A DNA stretch of 60,938 nucleotides from Symbiobacterium sp. (lineage in GTDB: Bacteria; Bacillota; Sulfobacillia; DUSP01; DYEP01), in NCBI GenBank assembly GCA_020725675.1, contig DYEP01000119.1, positions 1 through 60,938 on the forward strand, read 5' to 3'. Position numbers and translations under genes: made by a program. The notes beneath the pieces were generated by a model. That model was given only the letters and a program-made list of their open reading frames with translations. It had not been told where the DNA came from and ran no database searches. Within the stretch, counting starts at the first letter, position 1. Every line of letters begins with the position of its first letter. Shown piece by piece: positions 9,448 to 18,746 of this stretch.

Positions 9448-9828
9448 ATGAACAGCGCTTTGGGCCGTCATGTGCTCGCAGAAGTTTATGGGTGCAAACC
9501 GCACGTACTGGATAACGTCGAATCTGTCGAAAAGATCATGGTAGACGCAGCGCTGGCAGCTGGGGCGGAAATCAGGGAAGTGGCATTTCACAAATTCAGC
9601 CCTCAGGGTGTAAGTGGGGTAGTTGTGATATCCGAATCTCATCTTGCGGTACACACATGGCCGGAGCTGGGGTACGCAGCAGTGGATGTTTTCACGTGCG
9701 GCGAGAAGGTAGACCCCTGGGTAGCATGCAATCACATCGTGAAGGAGTTTGACGCTACCAACGTGACGGCTTCGGAGATGAAAAGAGGCATCATGCAACC
9801 CCAGGCAAAGACTGCGCTGGCAGGATAA
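9448..9828 (+). CDS. speH: S-adenosylmethionine decarboxylase proenzyme (pyruvoyl-dependent, small bacterial/archaeal type)
   Basis: HVLAEVYGC..., the self-cleavage site context VVISESHLAVHTWPE, and ...VDVFTCG. Confidence 0.88.
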   Translation: MNSALGRHVLAEVYGCKPHVLDNVESVEKIMVDAALAAGAEIREVAFHKFSPQGVSGVVVISESHLAVHTWPELGYAAVDVFTCGEKVDPWVACNHIVKEFDATNVTASEMKRGIMQPQAKTALAG

Positions 9829-9890
9829 AACAAACGGAAGGTGATTTTTATCAGTCGACAAAGAGCAAAAAAGGAGCAGTCAGACACGTA

Positions 9891-9941
9891 AAGCCCTACG
9901 GTGAGCGTCTCTTGAGACTAAACCGTAGGGCTTAAGTTTTT
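9891..9941 (+). terminator. Intrinsic terminator after speH
   Basis: 12 bp stem AAGCCCTACGGT/ACCGTAGGGCTT with an inner GTCTC/GAGAC pairing, followed by AAGTTTTT. Confidence 0.7.
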
Positions 9942-10009
9942 GGTAAAGAAGGGATCTTTAGGATTTGGGAGAAGAGATATTTCTGTCTAGATGCAAAAGG
10001 AGTGATACT

Positions 10010-11077
10010 GTGAACGAGTTGCTGACGATGCTGAAGGAACTTACCGAGTGTTCGGGAGTGCCGGGACATGAGGTAGAGGTGCGCCAGGTAATCAGAAAAC
10101 ACGTAGCCCCGTACACAGAGATTACCCAGGACAGGCTGGGCAGCATCATTTGCATGAAGAAAGGCGTGTCAGAAGAACCCAGGATCATGCTGGCGGGGCA
10201 CATGGACGAGATCGGTTTTATGGTTACACACATTACCAAGGAAGGCTACCTCAAGTTTCAGCAGCTGGGCGGCTGGTGGGATCAGGTGCTCATGTCCCAA
10301 CGGGTAATCGTGAAGACAAGGAAAGGTGACGTGCTTGGCGTCATCGGGTCAAAGCCGCCTCACCTGATGGATGCTGAAGAGCGGCGGAAGATGGTGAAGA
10401 AAGAGGACATGTACATTGATGTGGGCGCGTCCAGCAGGGAAGAAGTCCAGCAGTTCGGAGTCCGCCCGGGTGATCCCGTGGTACCTGCGAGCGACTTCAG
10501 TGTGATGACCAATCCAAAGTACCTGCTTGCGAAGGCGTGGGACGACAGGGTTGGGTGCGCGCTTTTCATTGAGACAATAAAGAGACTAGGCCAGGATCAT
10601 CCAAATACAGTGTACGGTGTGGGAACGGTCCAGGAGGAGGTGGGCCTTCGCGGTGCAGCAACCAGCTCTTACGTAGTGCAGCCTCACGTCAGTTTTGCGT
10701 TGGAAGTCTCAATTGCCAACGACACTCCCGGAGTCGCAGAGCATGAAGGACAGATCAAACTAGGAGGAGGTCCCGCGATCCTGGTGTACGACGCCAGTCT
10801 AGTGCCCAACGCGCGACTGAGGGATCTGGTGATTGACACAGCGCAGGAGGAGGGCATCAGCGTTCAGTTCGGCAGCATGTCGGCCGGGGGCACCGACGCT
10901 GGGCGGATCCAGCTCACTTCAGCGGGAGTGCCAAGTCTTGTCATCGGGGTACCTACAAGATACATACACTCACACCAGGGGATAGTACAATTGGACGATT
11001 TTGAGAATACTGTACGCCTGATGGTGGCTACAATAAAGAAGCTTGATAGTAAAACCGTGGAATGGCTGGTGGAGTAA
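10010..11077 (+). CDS. M42 family metallopeptidase (glutamyl aminopeptidase / CelM-FrvX-like)
   Basis: VNELLTMLKELTECSGVPGHE... is a typical M42 N-terminus. Also AGHMDEIGF, WDDRVG and QEEVGLRGA. GTG at 10010 lies 7 nt after AAAGGAG. Confidence 0.82.
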   Translation: MNELLTMLKELTECSGVPGHEVEVRQVIRKHVAPYTEITQDRLGSIICMKKGVSEEPRIMLAGHMDEIGFMVTHITKEGYLKFQQLGGWWDQVLMSQRVIVKTRKGDVLGVIGSKPPHLMDAEERRKMVKKEDMYIDVGASSREEVQQFGVRPGDPVVPASDFSVMTNPKYLLAKAWDDRVGCALFIETIKRLGQDHPNTVYGVGTVQEEVGLRGAATSSYVVQPHVSFALEVSIANDTPGVAEHEGQIKLGGGPAILVYDASLVPNARLRDLVIDTAQEEGISVQFGSMSAGGTDAGRIQLTSAGVPSLVIGVPTRYIHSHQGIVQLDDFENTVRLMVATIKKLDSKTVEWLVE

Positions 11078-11081
11078 AGTG

Positions 11082-11528
11082 ATGGAGAAGAGTTTTGTGA
11101 TGATTAAGCCCGACGGAGTGCAGCGCGGATTGGTGGGGGAGATTATCGGCCGCCTAGAACGCTGCGGGTTGAAATTGCACGCGCTTAGGCTCCTTCAGAT
11201 AGATCGCCAGCTGGCTGCGGAGCACTACAGGCAGCACGAAGGGAAGGCCTTTTACGAGCCGCTGCTTTCATATATCACATCAGGCCCCGTTGTGGCGATG
11301 GTGTGGGGCGGACCTCGGGCGGTTGCGCTTGTCAGAAAACTCACAGGAGCAACCGATCCGCAACAGGCCCAACCGGGTACTATACGCGGAGATCTGGCGC
11401 TCGATATCGGCAAGAACATTATTCATGCATCAGATTCAGTGGAAGCCGCAGAGCGAGAAATTTCGTTATTCTTTAAAAAGGACGAAGTACTGGAACACGA
11501 CAGAGCCGTTGACGCCTGGCTATATTGA
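11082..11528 (+). CDS. ndk: Nucleoside diphosphate kinase
   Basis: MEKSFVMIKPDGVQRGLVGEII..., TIRGD and NIIHASDS (active-site His). Confidence 0.92.
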   Translation: MEKSFVMIKPDGVQRGLVGEIIGRLERCGLKLHALRLLQIDRQLAAEHYRQHEGKAFYEPLLSYITSGPVVAMVWGGPRAVALVRKLTGATDPQQAQPGTIRGDLALDIGKNIIHASDSVEAAEREISLFFKKDEVLEHDRAVDAWLY

Positions 11529-11542
11529 AACGGCTTTTTCTC

Positions 11543-11584
11543 GGCAGGCGCCGCTGAACGCGGGCGTCTGCCTTCTCGTTTGTT
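11543..11584 (+). terminator. Intrinsic terminator after ndk
   Basis: GGCAGGCGCC...GGCGTCTGCC stem (one G-U pair) followed by TTCTCGTTTGTT. Confidence 0.55.
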
Positions 11585-11618
11585 GGGAGCATGCAGGACT
11601 ACAAATGCAAAGGCGGGG

Positions 11619-12425
11619 ATGCCGGTGCGTCTGGTAGGTGCTGCGATGGTACTGGCGCTTGTGCTGCTTGTATATGCCGCTTTCATCGAACCAAACTGGC
11701 TTCGGGTGGTCAGGTTTACCCTTGCTATAGAGGGGCTCGGCCACGCTTTTGAGGGGTTCCGGATAGTGTTCCTATCAGATCTTCACGGCAGGGGATCTTT
11801 AGCAGGAAGGCCCATTTGTGAGCTGGTCTGTTCGCTGCAGCCAGACCTAGTGGTGATCGGTGGAGACGTTGTGGCAAAACGCTCCGGAGGAGTACCACCC
11901 CGGTGGCTCTCGCTTCTTGCCTCCAGGATACCGACAGTTGTGGTACCGGGAAACCATGACGTGCGCCACGGGGATGCTCTGTCTGACCTTGCGCGGGGAG
12001 CCACAGTACTCAAGAACACGTCCATACGACTTCAAAAGAACGGTTCCTCTCTCTGGCTGGCGGGATGTGACGACGAACAGTCCGGCAGGGCAGACCCTGC
12101 CGCGGCTCTTGGCGGAACTGGTCATCCGGTCATCCTCATTTCTCACTCACCCGACGTTGTACTTCACCCCTCTGTGCAGACAGTCAGTGCGGTGCTGGCG
12201 GGTCACACCCATGGCGGCCAAATTTGTTTGCCATTTTTCGGCGCGCTGTTCACCAATAGCGTGCTGCCGAAGCATACTGCCCGTGGATGCAGCGTCGTTA
12301 GGGGAGTCAGGCTCATCGTGACTGCTGGTATCGGAGCGAGTCTTCTGCCCTTCAGATTCTTGTGCCGTCCCGAGTTGTGGGTTATCGTACTTCGTCCGGA
12401 GAGGAAAACAGCGGGGATTCGGTGA
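11619..12425 (+). CDS. Membrane-anchored metallophosphoesterase (calcineurin-like, YkuE-type)
   Basis: N-terminal TM segment, then FLSDLHG, GGDVV, VPGNHD and GHTHGGQ. I prefer ATG at 11619 because the ORF-track TTG at 11580 lies inside the ndk terminator tail. Confidence 0.8.
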   Translation: MPVRLVGAAMVLALVLLVYAAFIEPNWLRVVRFTLAIEGLGHAFEGFRIVFLSDLHGRGSLAGRPICELVCSLQPDLVVIGGDVVAKRSGGVPPRWLSLLASRIPTVVVPGNHDVRHGDALSDLARGATVLKNTSIRLQKNGSSLWLAGCDDEQSGRADPAAALGGTGHPVILISHSPDVVLHPSVQTVSAVLAGHTHGGQICLPFFGALFTNSVLPKHTARGCSVVRGVRLIVTAGIGASLLPFRFLCRPELWVIVLRPERKTAGIR

Positions 12426-12470
12426 AGACATGCAGAAGGCCGGAAAGAATCAGAAGTGGAGGCTGAATGA

Positions 12471-13259
12471 ATGATACTGGTAGGAACAGCGGGATTCTCC
12501 TATGCTGACTGGCGAGGGATGTTCTACCCTGAGACAATAAAAGCAGGGGATATGCTCACTTTTTACTGCAGGCACTTCCCCTGCGTTGAGATAGACTTCA
12601 CTTACTACCAGATGCCTGCGAGAAGGACCATAGAGGGACTCGTAAAGAAGGCGCCTGACGACTTTTCTTTCATTATCAAAGCGAACAGGAAGATGACTCA
12701 TGAAATAGGCGATGCGTCCTCAGTAAAAGAGGCGTTTGGTGCATTCGCCGGCTCGATAACACCGCTTATGGACGCAGGAAAGCTCGGAGGAGTACTTTAC
12801 CAATTCCCGTTTGCCTTCCGCCCAACCCCTGCGAATGTCAGTTACCTCAAGTCATTGCCTGAACGTATTCCTGGAGCTGCTGTGATAGTGGAGTACAGGA
12901 ACGCTTCGTGGTATGCACCTTGGGTGTTCACCATGATGAAGGAGGCGCAACTCGCATTTTGCTCGGTTGACGAGCCGAACATCAAAGGTTTAATGCCCCG
13001 AGTCGCTTTAGCGACTGCAACTCCCGGGTATGTGAGGTTTCACGGACGGAACAAGGAGAAATGGTATAACCACATCACCGTTTCCGAGCGCTACGACTAC
13101 CTTTATTCACGCGAGGAACTTATGGAGTGGGTCGACAGGATCAGGGAGCTCGACCGCCAGGCAGGTCTCACTTACGTCATATTCAACAACTGCCACCACG
13201 GCTCGGCTCCCAGGAACGCGTTGGACATGAAATTGCTTCTTGAGGCCGGCACGTCCTGA
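12471..13259 (+). CDS. DUF72 (YecE-like) family protein
   Basis: MILVGTAGFSYADWRGMFYPE... is the characteristic DUF72 N-terminus. GTGGAGG lies 8 nt upstream. Confidence 0.75.
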   Translation: MILVGTAGFSYADWRGMFYPETIKAGDMLTFYCRHFPCVEIDFTYYQMPARRTIEGLVKKAPDDFSFIIKANRKMTHEIGDASSVKEAFGAFAGSITPLMDAGKLGGVLYQFPFAFRPTPANVSYLKSLPERIPGAAVIVEYRNASWYAPWVFTMMKEAQLAFCSVDEPNIKGLMPRVALATATPGYVRFHGRNKEKWYNHITVSERYDYLYSREELMEWVDRIRELDRQAGLTYVIFNNCHHGSAPRNALDMKLLLEAGTS

Positions 13260-13433
13260 AGCTCCGACCATTTTCGCTCAAGTGGACAATAGTTGCAAGT
13301 CGCCCGGAAGACGCGACTCAAAATTAGAGCATAGTGTGGCCCTTTACTCCTCCCAAAATGGCATGTATGATTGTGATGTGGAGGAGACCGTCTCCTTTAT
13401 GTCTTTAATGGAAAGGCGGAAGAACACGCGACG

Positions 13434-14720
13434 ATGTCCAACCAGACGGCAAGCAACGAGCTCCTGGGCAAGGCTACAAGACGAAATTACTACCTCCTCA
13501 TACTAGATGGAATTTTCTTCTACATTGGTCAGGCATTTTGGGAACCCACGTCGGTAGTCCCGGCGTTTGTGGCGGCTCTGACCGGTTCGGAGCTGATGGT
13601 GGGTCTTGTTAGCGCAGTGAGGTACGGCCTATGGCTCGGACCTCAACTCCTTGTCGCGCACTATGTGGAGAGGCTCCCGTACAAGAAGGGTGTGGCGCTG
13701 GGCGCCTTGGCTGTAAACAGACCGGCTATCCTTTTGATTGCCATAGCCACCTACGTACTTTGGCCCAATGCTCAGCTTTTGACAGTTGTATTCTTTGCGT
13801 TATACATCGTCGTCTGGCTAGGGGAAGGGATCACTTCCGTCCCTTGGACAGATGTGCTGGGTAGAGCCACCGATCCCCGCCGGCGCGGCTCGCTCATCGG
13901 GACCATGCAGTGTATTGGAGGCGTCGGGGCGTTCGTTTCAGGGATCATCGTTTCACGCATTTTGTCAAGCGACGCTCTCGAGTTTCCCTACAATTATGCA
14001 CTGCTGTTTCTCGTCGCTGCAGTCATCACCAGCTTGTGTGCAGTTGCATTTTTCTTTGTGATTGAGCCGCCAGGCAAGGCGCGGAAACAGCGGGAACCGG
14101 TGATGACGTACGTGAGGAGCGTGCCCGGCCTCTTGACCGGAAACGCCATGTACAAGGACGCGGTGATCACCCGAATCATGGGAGCATCCATCTTCTTGTC
14201 CATGCCTTTTTATGCGGTGCACGCAAGAAATCTCGGAGTCTCAGCGGCGTACCTTGGTGCGTTTGTATCTGCGCAAATGCTTGGCAGTACACTGGGAGGT
14301 GCCATTCTGGGGAGAATAAGCGACACGAAAGGAAACAGACTGGTAATCCTTATTACGCTTAGTTGCACCATGCTCGCTCCCGTCTTGTGCCTGCTTGCCA
14401 CCTTCTTTGGTGGGCCCTTGCGGGTGGTGCTGTTTCTGCTCGTGTTCTCCTGTCTCGGCGTGTTTGGGTCAGGATCCTGGATGGGTTTTGTGAACTACAT
14501 CATTGATTGCACCCCGGAGGATAGGCGGCCTACTTACCTTGGAGCAGTTAATACCATTATTGCTCCGACTACGCTTCTCCCTATTGTGGGAGGCGTCATT
14601 GTTCGTCGGTTTGGCTATATCTCACTGTTTGCCATAACTGCAGCGCTATTGTGTGCCGCGGTGTTCTGGGGCAGACGGCTCAAAGAACCAAGGCATATCG
14701 AAAGGGGGATACCCACATGA
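13434..14720 (+). CDS. MFS transporter
   Basis: About 12 hydrophobic segments with a two-halves organisation. Its stop overlaps the mtnP start (ATGA). Confidence 0.75.
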   Translation: MSNQTASNELLGKATRRNYYLLILDGIFFYIGQAFWEPTSVVPAFVAALTGSELMVGLVSAVRYGLWLGPQLLVAHYVERLPYKKGVALGALAVNRPAILLIAIATYVLWPNAQLLTVVFFALYIVVWLGEGITSVPWTDVLGRATDPRRRGSLIGTMQCIGGVGAFVSGIIVSRILSSDALEFPYNYALLFLVAAVITSLCAVAFFFVIEPPGKARKQREPVMTYVRSVPGLLTGNAMYKDAVITRIMGASIFLSMPFYAVHARNLGVSAAYLGAFVSAQMLGSTLGGAILGRISDTKGNRLVILITLSCTMLAPVLCLLATFFGGPLRVVLFLLVFSCLGVFGSGSWMGFVNYIIDCTPEDRRPTYLGAVNTIIAPTTLLPIVGGVIVRRFGYISLFAITAALLCAAVFWGRRLKEPRHIERGIPT

Positions 14721-15517
14721 TCGCGATTATAGGCGGAACGGGTGTCTATGACGCCAAGCTGCTTCATGAAGTCAGGGAGCGCGTGATCAACACGCCGTTT
14801 GGCGAAACGCGCGTAAAAACAGGCGTATACCACGGCAAAGAATGTGTGTTTGTTGCCAGACACGGCTACGCACACACAGTCCCCCCACACTTGATCAACT
14901 ACCGTGCGAATATCTGGGCGCTGGCAAGCCTTGGTGTACAAGCGGTGTTTGCCACAGCCGCAGTAGGTTCGCTGAACCCGGACATGCCTCCAGGCTGCTT
15001 TGTTGTGGTAGACCAGTTCATAGACATGACATCGGGCAGACCATCCACTTTCTTTGAAGGGGGCGAAACGGGAGTAGTCCATACGGACTTCACCGACCCG
15101 TACTGCCCCTCGCTTCGTGCTCTCCTGGCAAGAAGCCTTGACGAGCTGAACATCCGTTACCACGAGGGTGGAACCTACGTGTGCACCAACGGTCCGCGAT
15201 TTGAAACCCCTGCGGAAATACGTGCGTACCGTATCCTTGGAGCGGATCTTGTGGGCATGACAAACGTGCCTGAAGTAGTGCTGGCGCGTGAAGCAGGGCT
15301 GTGCTATGGTCTTGTCGCTATGGTCACGAATTATGCGGCCGGCATTTCAACGGAGCCTCTCACTCATGAGGAAGTGCTCAACGTGATGAACAGTAATCAA
15401 ACAGCGCTTCAAAAACTTCTCGCAGAGTGCATCAAGCATTTCCCTGAGGAAAAGGGCTGTATCTGCAGGGTTTCGGGAGTCCATTTCCAAAACCTCTGGC
15501 CTTGCGAAAGGGAGTGA
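14717..15517 (+). CDS. mtnP: S-methyl-5'-thioadenosine (or thioinosine) phosphorylase, PNP/MTAP family
   Basis: MIAIIGGTGVYD..., FVARHG..H..PPH.INYRANIWAL and VGMT. The ORF-track start at 14651 lies inside the MFS gene; the ATG at 14717 gives the canonical N-terminus. Confidence 0.85.
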   Translation: MIAIIGGTGVYDAKLLHEVRERVINTPFGETRVKTGVYHGKECVFVARHGYAHTVPPHLINYRANIWALASLGVQAVFATAAVGSLNPDMPPGCFVVVDQFIDMTSGRPSTFFEGGETGVVHTDFTDPYCPSLRALLARSLDELNIRYHEGGTYVCTNGPRFETPAEIRAYRILGADLVGMTNVPEVVLAREAGLCYGLVAMVTNYAAGISTEPLTHEEVLNVMNSNQTALQKLLAECIKHFPEEKGCICRVSGVHFQNLWPCERE

Positions 15518-15523
15518 AAAGCT

Positions 15524-16777
15524 GTGAGCAGAATCAGACAGGGAGCGGACCCCGCTGCCGGGCTGATGAAGGTCGGATGGGCAAAGGCGCACATGCCGGT
15601 ACTGTCCATCCTCGCAGAAGAATTTGCCCGGGAGAAGGTGCTGGAAGGCCTGACAGTAGGCATATGCCTCCACCTTGAAGCCAAGACCGCATGCCTTGCG
15701 CTGGCACTCCAGGACGCAGGGGCGCGGGTGGGTATATGTGGCAGCAACCCTCTCTCAACCCAGGACGACGTGGCTGCGGCCCTTGCTTCAAGCGGTGTTG
15801 AGGTATTTGCCTGGCATAACCCTGACAAGACTCAGTACCTGGCATTCATTCATGATGTGCTTGATCTATCTCCGGATATCGTCATAGACGACGGGGGGGA
15901 TCTGGTGAGCACTATCCATACAGAGAGGCGTGAGCTCATAGGAAAAGTGATCGGCGGTTGCGAGGAGACTACCACCGGCCTTCGTCGCCTGAGGGCTATG
16001 GAAAGGCGTGGCGAGCTTGCGTTTCCCATGGTCGCAGTGAATGATGCCAAGACTAAGTTCCTGTTTGACAATAGATATGGTACCGGACAATCCGTGTGGG
16101 ACGGTATTATGCGCACGACGAACCTTGTTGTGGCAGGAAAAACGGTGGTAGTGGCAGGCTATGGTTGGTGTGGAAAGGGCGTAGCCAACAGGGCCCGGGG
16201 TCTCGGGGCGCGCGTGGTGATCACCGAGGTTGACCCTGTCAAAGCTGCCGAGGCTTACATGGAGGGATTCCTACCCATGCATTCTCTCGAGGCTGCGGAG
16301 GTGGGTGATATCTTCATCACCGTTACGGGCTGCGCGAACGTGTTTTCCAAACCACATTTTGCCAGGATGAAGGACGGTGCCCTGCTGGCCAACGCTGGGC
16401 ACTTTAACGTGGAGATCGACCTTTCGTCCTTGGACCGGATTGCCAAAGCCAGGTGCCGGGTCAGACCTAATGTGGACGAGTACACGCTACCCGACGGCAA
16501 GCGGCTGTACGTGCTCGCAGAGGGGCGGCTGGTCAATCTTGCCTCCGGAGACGGCCACCCGGTAGAGATCATGGACCTGAGTTTTGCCGTTCAGATGTTA
16601 TCAGTCGCTTACCTCGCGACGGAAGCAAAGCACATGCCGCCGCGGGTACTGCCTGTTCCGGAATGGGTGGATCAACGAGTGGCTTTGGCTTTTCTGAAGG
16701 CGCGATCGGTTCGGATTGATACGCTAAGCGAGGAACAACAACGATACTATGATGGTGCAGGTGGTGAGGACAAATGA
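15524..16777 (+). CDS. ahcY: Adenosylhomocysteinase-family hydrolase (SAH or S-inosylhomocysteine hydrolase)
   Basis: GCEETTTG, NDAKTKFLFDNRYGTGQS, the NAD fold GYGWCGKG, and HFNVEID. GTG start. Confidence 0.88.
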   Translation: MSRIRQGADPAAGLMKVGWAKAHMPVLSILAEEFAREKVLEGLTVGICLHLEAKTACLALALQDAGARVGICGSNPLSTQDDVAAALASSGVEVFAWHNPDKTQYLAFIHDVLDLSPDIVIDDGGDLVSTIHTERRELIGKVIGGCEETTTGLRRLRAMERRGELAFPMVAVNDAKTKFLFDNRYGTGQSVWDGIMRTTNLVVAGKTVVVAGYGWCGKGVANRARGLGARVVITEVDPVKAAEAYMEGFLPMHSLEAAEVGDIFITVTGCANVFSKPHFARMKDGALLANAGHFNVEIDLSSLDRIAKARCRVRPNVDEYTLPDGKRLYVLAEGRLVNLASGDGHPVEIMDLSFAVQMLSVAYLATEAKHMPPRVLPVPEWVDQRVALAFLKARSVRIDTLSEEQQRYYDGAGGEDK

Positions 16778-18054
16778 AAACAGCGATTATTGGGGGAACG
16801 CTTATCACGCAGGACCCTCGGACCGGAGTAGTGGATCGTGGCACGGTGATTATCGAAGACGGCACCATTACCCAAGTGCTAGCGGAAGGCTCTACAGTTT
16901 CAGCTGACGTAAATATTGACGCAAGTGGATGTGCTGTGATACCCGGGCTCATAAACGCACATACCCATGCCGCCATGACTCTCTTTCGTGGCTATGCCGA
17001 TGATCTGCCGCTTTTTGCCTGGCTTCGTGAACGGATCTGGCCTGTGGAGGCCCGCCTCACTGCCGAGCATGTCTACCACGGAACGCGACTGGCCATTGCG
17101 GAAATGCTGCTTTCGGGAATCACCTGCTTTGCTGACATGTATTTTGAGATGGAAGCAGTAGCACAGGCTGTACGTGAGTCGGGTATCAGAGCGGTGCTGT
17201 CAAGGGGCATCATCGCGGACAGTGCAGAGAGCGGTATGAACGAAGCCGTGGAGTTGTTTCTGAAATACCATGGCAAGCACCGTATCCAGGTGATGCTGGG
17301 GCCTCATGCGCCATACACCTGTCCTCCGGACTTCTTAGTGGAGGTGGGGAAAGAGGCTCGGAGGCTCGGCGCACGTGTACATATTCATCTTGCTGAAACC
17401 TGGGCAGAAATAGAGGAGATGAAGGAGAAGTACGGGCGGCGACCGGCAGAGATCCTGGTAGACTCGGGCATCACTCAAGCCGGAGTCTTGTGCGCGCACT
17501 GCGTCCACGTGGACAAAGAGGAAATCCGTCGGCTTGCGGAGGCGGGGGCGGGCATAGCGATGTGCCCTGTGAGCAACGCCAAATTGGCAGCGGGATTTCC
17601 CCCGGTGAGCGCCTGGCTGGATTCCGGGACCGGGGTGGGCCTTGGTACCGACGGTGCCGGTTCAGCAGGTAGACTCGATCTTTTTGATGCCATGCGGGCT
17701 GCATCCTCTGGCGAAAAGCTGGCCTCTATGGATCCGCGAAAGGCCAGCGCGCCGGAATTACTGGCCGCAGCTACCTCCGGGGGTGCGAGGGCGCTCGGCA
17801 TTGACCACCTCACGGGGTCAATCAGTGAAGGAAAACTCGCCGACCTGGTAGTAATTGACCTTAATACCCCGTGGACTCAGCCGGTACACGATCCAGTATC
17901 CACTGTGGTGTATTCGGCGACGACGGAAAACGTAAAGCACGTGTTTGTAGAGGGTCAACAACTGGTAAAAGACCGGATGCTCACATATGCAGACATAGAT
18001 GACATCATCGGTGGTGTGAAACGGGCAACGCGTTCACTGTTCGTTGGCAGGTGA
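16774..18054 (+). CDS. mtaD: 5-methylthioadenosine/S-adenosylhomocysteine deaminase (amidohydrolase)
   Basis: MKTAIIGGTLIT..., INAHTHAAMTLFRGYADDLPL, HLAET and GTDGAGS. Its start overlaps the ahcY stop. Confidence 0.82.
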   Translation: MKTAIIGGTLITQDPRTGVVDRGTVIIEDGTITQVLAEGSTVSADVNIDASGCAVIPGLINAHTHAAMTLFRGYADDLPLFAWLRERIWPVEARLTAEHVYHGTRLAIAEMLLSGITCFADMYFEMEAVAQAVRESGIRAVLSRGIIADSAESGMNEAVELFLKYHGKHRIQVMLGPHAPYTCPPDFLVEVGKEARRLGARVHIHLAETWAEIEEMKEKYGRRPAEILVDSGITQAGVLCAHCVHVDKEEIRRLAEAGAGIAMCPVSNAKLAAGFPPVSAWLDSGTGVGLGTDGAGSAGRLDLFDAMRAASSGEKLASMDPRKASAPELLAAATSGGARALGIDHLTGSISEGKLADLVVIDLNTPWTQPVHDPVSTVVYSATTENVKHVFVEGQQLVKDRMLTYADIDDIIGGVKRATRSLFVGR

Positions 18055-18059
18055 CCCAT

Positions 18060-18746
18060 ATGTTCGACCCGGTAATCTTTGACATGGACGGTACGCTGGT
18101 GGACTCGTTTGAGGCTATTCTGTTGGCATTTAATTATGCTATGGAGAGCATGGGAAGACCCAAAGTCACGCACGACGAGCTGCTACCTGTGATGGGAGTT
18201 GCGCTGAAGGATATCTTCAGACTTTACTTACCAAAAGAGCGTATAGAGGAGGCTGTCCATCTTTACAGAACATACCAGGCCGGCATCATCCTGGAGCACA
18301 CACGCGTACTGGATGGTGTGTTCCTGACTCTCCAGGAACTCTCCAAGATGGGCGTGCGGATGGGCATAGTGACGAATAAGCCAGTTGATGTAGCGCTGAG
18401 AGTGCTGAGGCATGTGGAGATTGGACCGTTCTTTGGAGCTGTGGTCGGTTTGGATGAGGTGAGCCGACCCAAACCGGACCCCGAAGGGCTTTTCCTCTGT
18501 CTGAGCCGCCTGGGCAAGAGCGCCGCGCAATGCCTTTACGTGGGCGACTCGTACATCGACATGGACACAGCTCTTGCCGCGGGCGTTGAGTTCCGGCTCG
18601 TGTCCACAGGAGCCTTGAGCGCAGAAGACCTCAGGCGCCGCGCCAGGCAGCGGGTTATTTCGGCGCTCCCCGAGATCTTAAACTGTTATCACCGAAACGA
18701 CGGCAACTGCAGCGAGCAGCGCCAGCATGGAGGGAAGGTATCGTAG
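18060..18746 (+). CDS. HAD-superfamily hydrolase (phosphoglycolate phosphatase-like)
   Basis: MFDPVIFDMDGTLVDS (motif I), VTNK, and YVGDSYIDMDTA. ATG at 18060 follows GGCAGGTGA. The 3' end overlaps the convergent gene by 69 nt. Confidence 0.78.
   Translation: MFDPVIFDMDGTLVDSFEAILLAFNYAMESMGRPKVTHDELLPVMGVALKDIFRLYLPKERIEEAVHLYRTYQAGIILEHTRVLDGVFLTLQELSKMGVRMGIVTNKPVDVALRVLRHVEIGPFFGAVVGLDEVSRPKPDPEGLFLCLSRLGKSAAQCLYVGDSYIDMDTALAAGVEFRLVSTGALSAEDLRRRARQRVISALPEILNCYHRNDGNCSEQRQHGGKVS

Noticed and set aside
18678-18746. A 69-nt convergent overlap between the HAD hydrolase 3' end and the membrane-protein 3' end.
   Set aside because: The overlap is real in the sequence. However, the HAD tail (NCYHRNDGNCSEQRQHGGKVS) looks like unconserved read-through after the domain ends. 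This is ordinary for tightly packed convergent genes and not evidence of a special mechanism.
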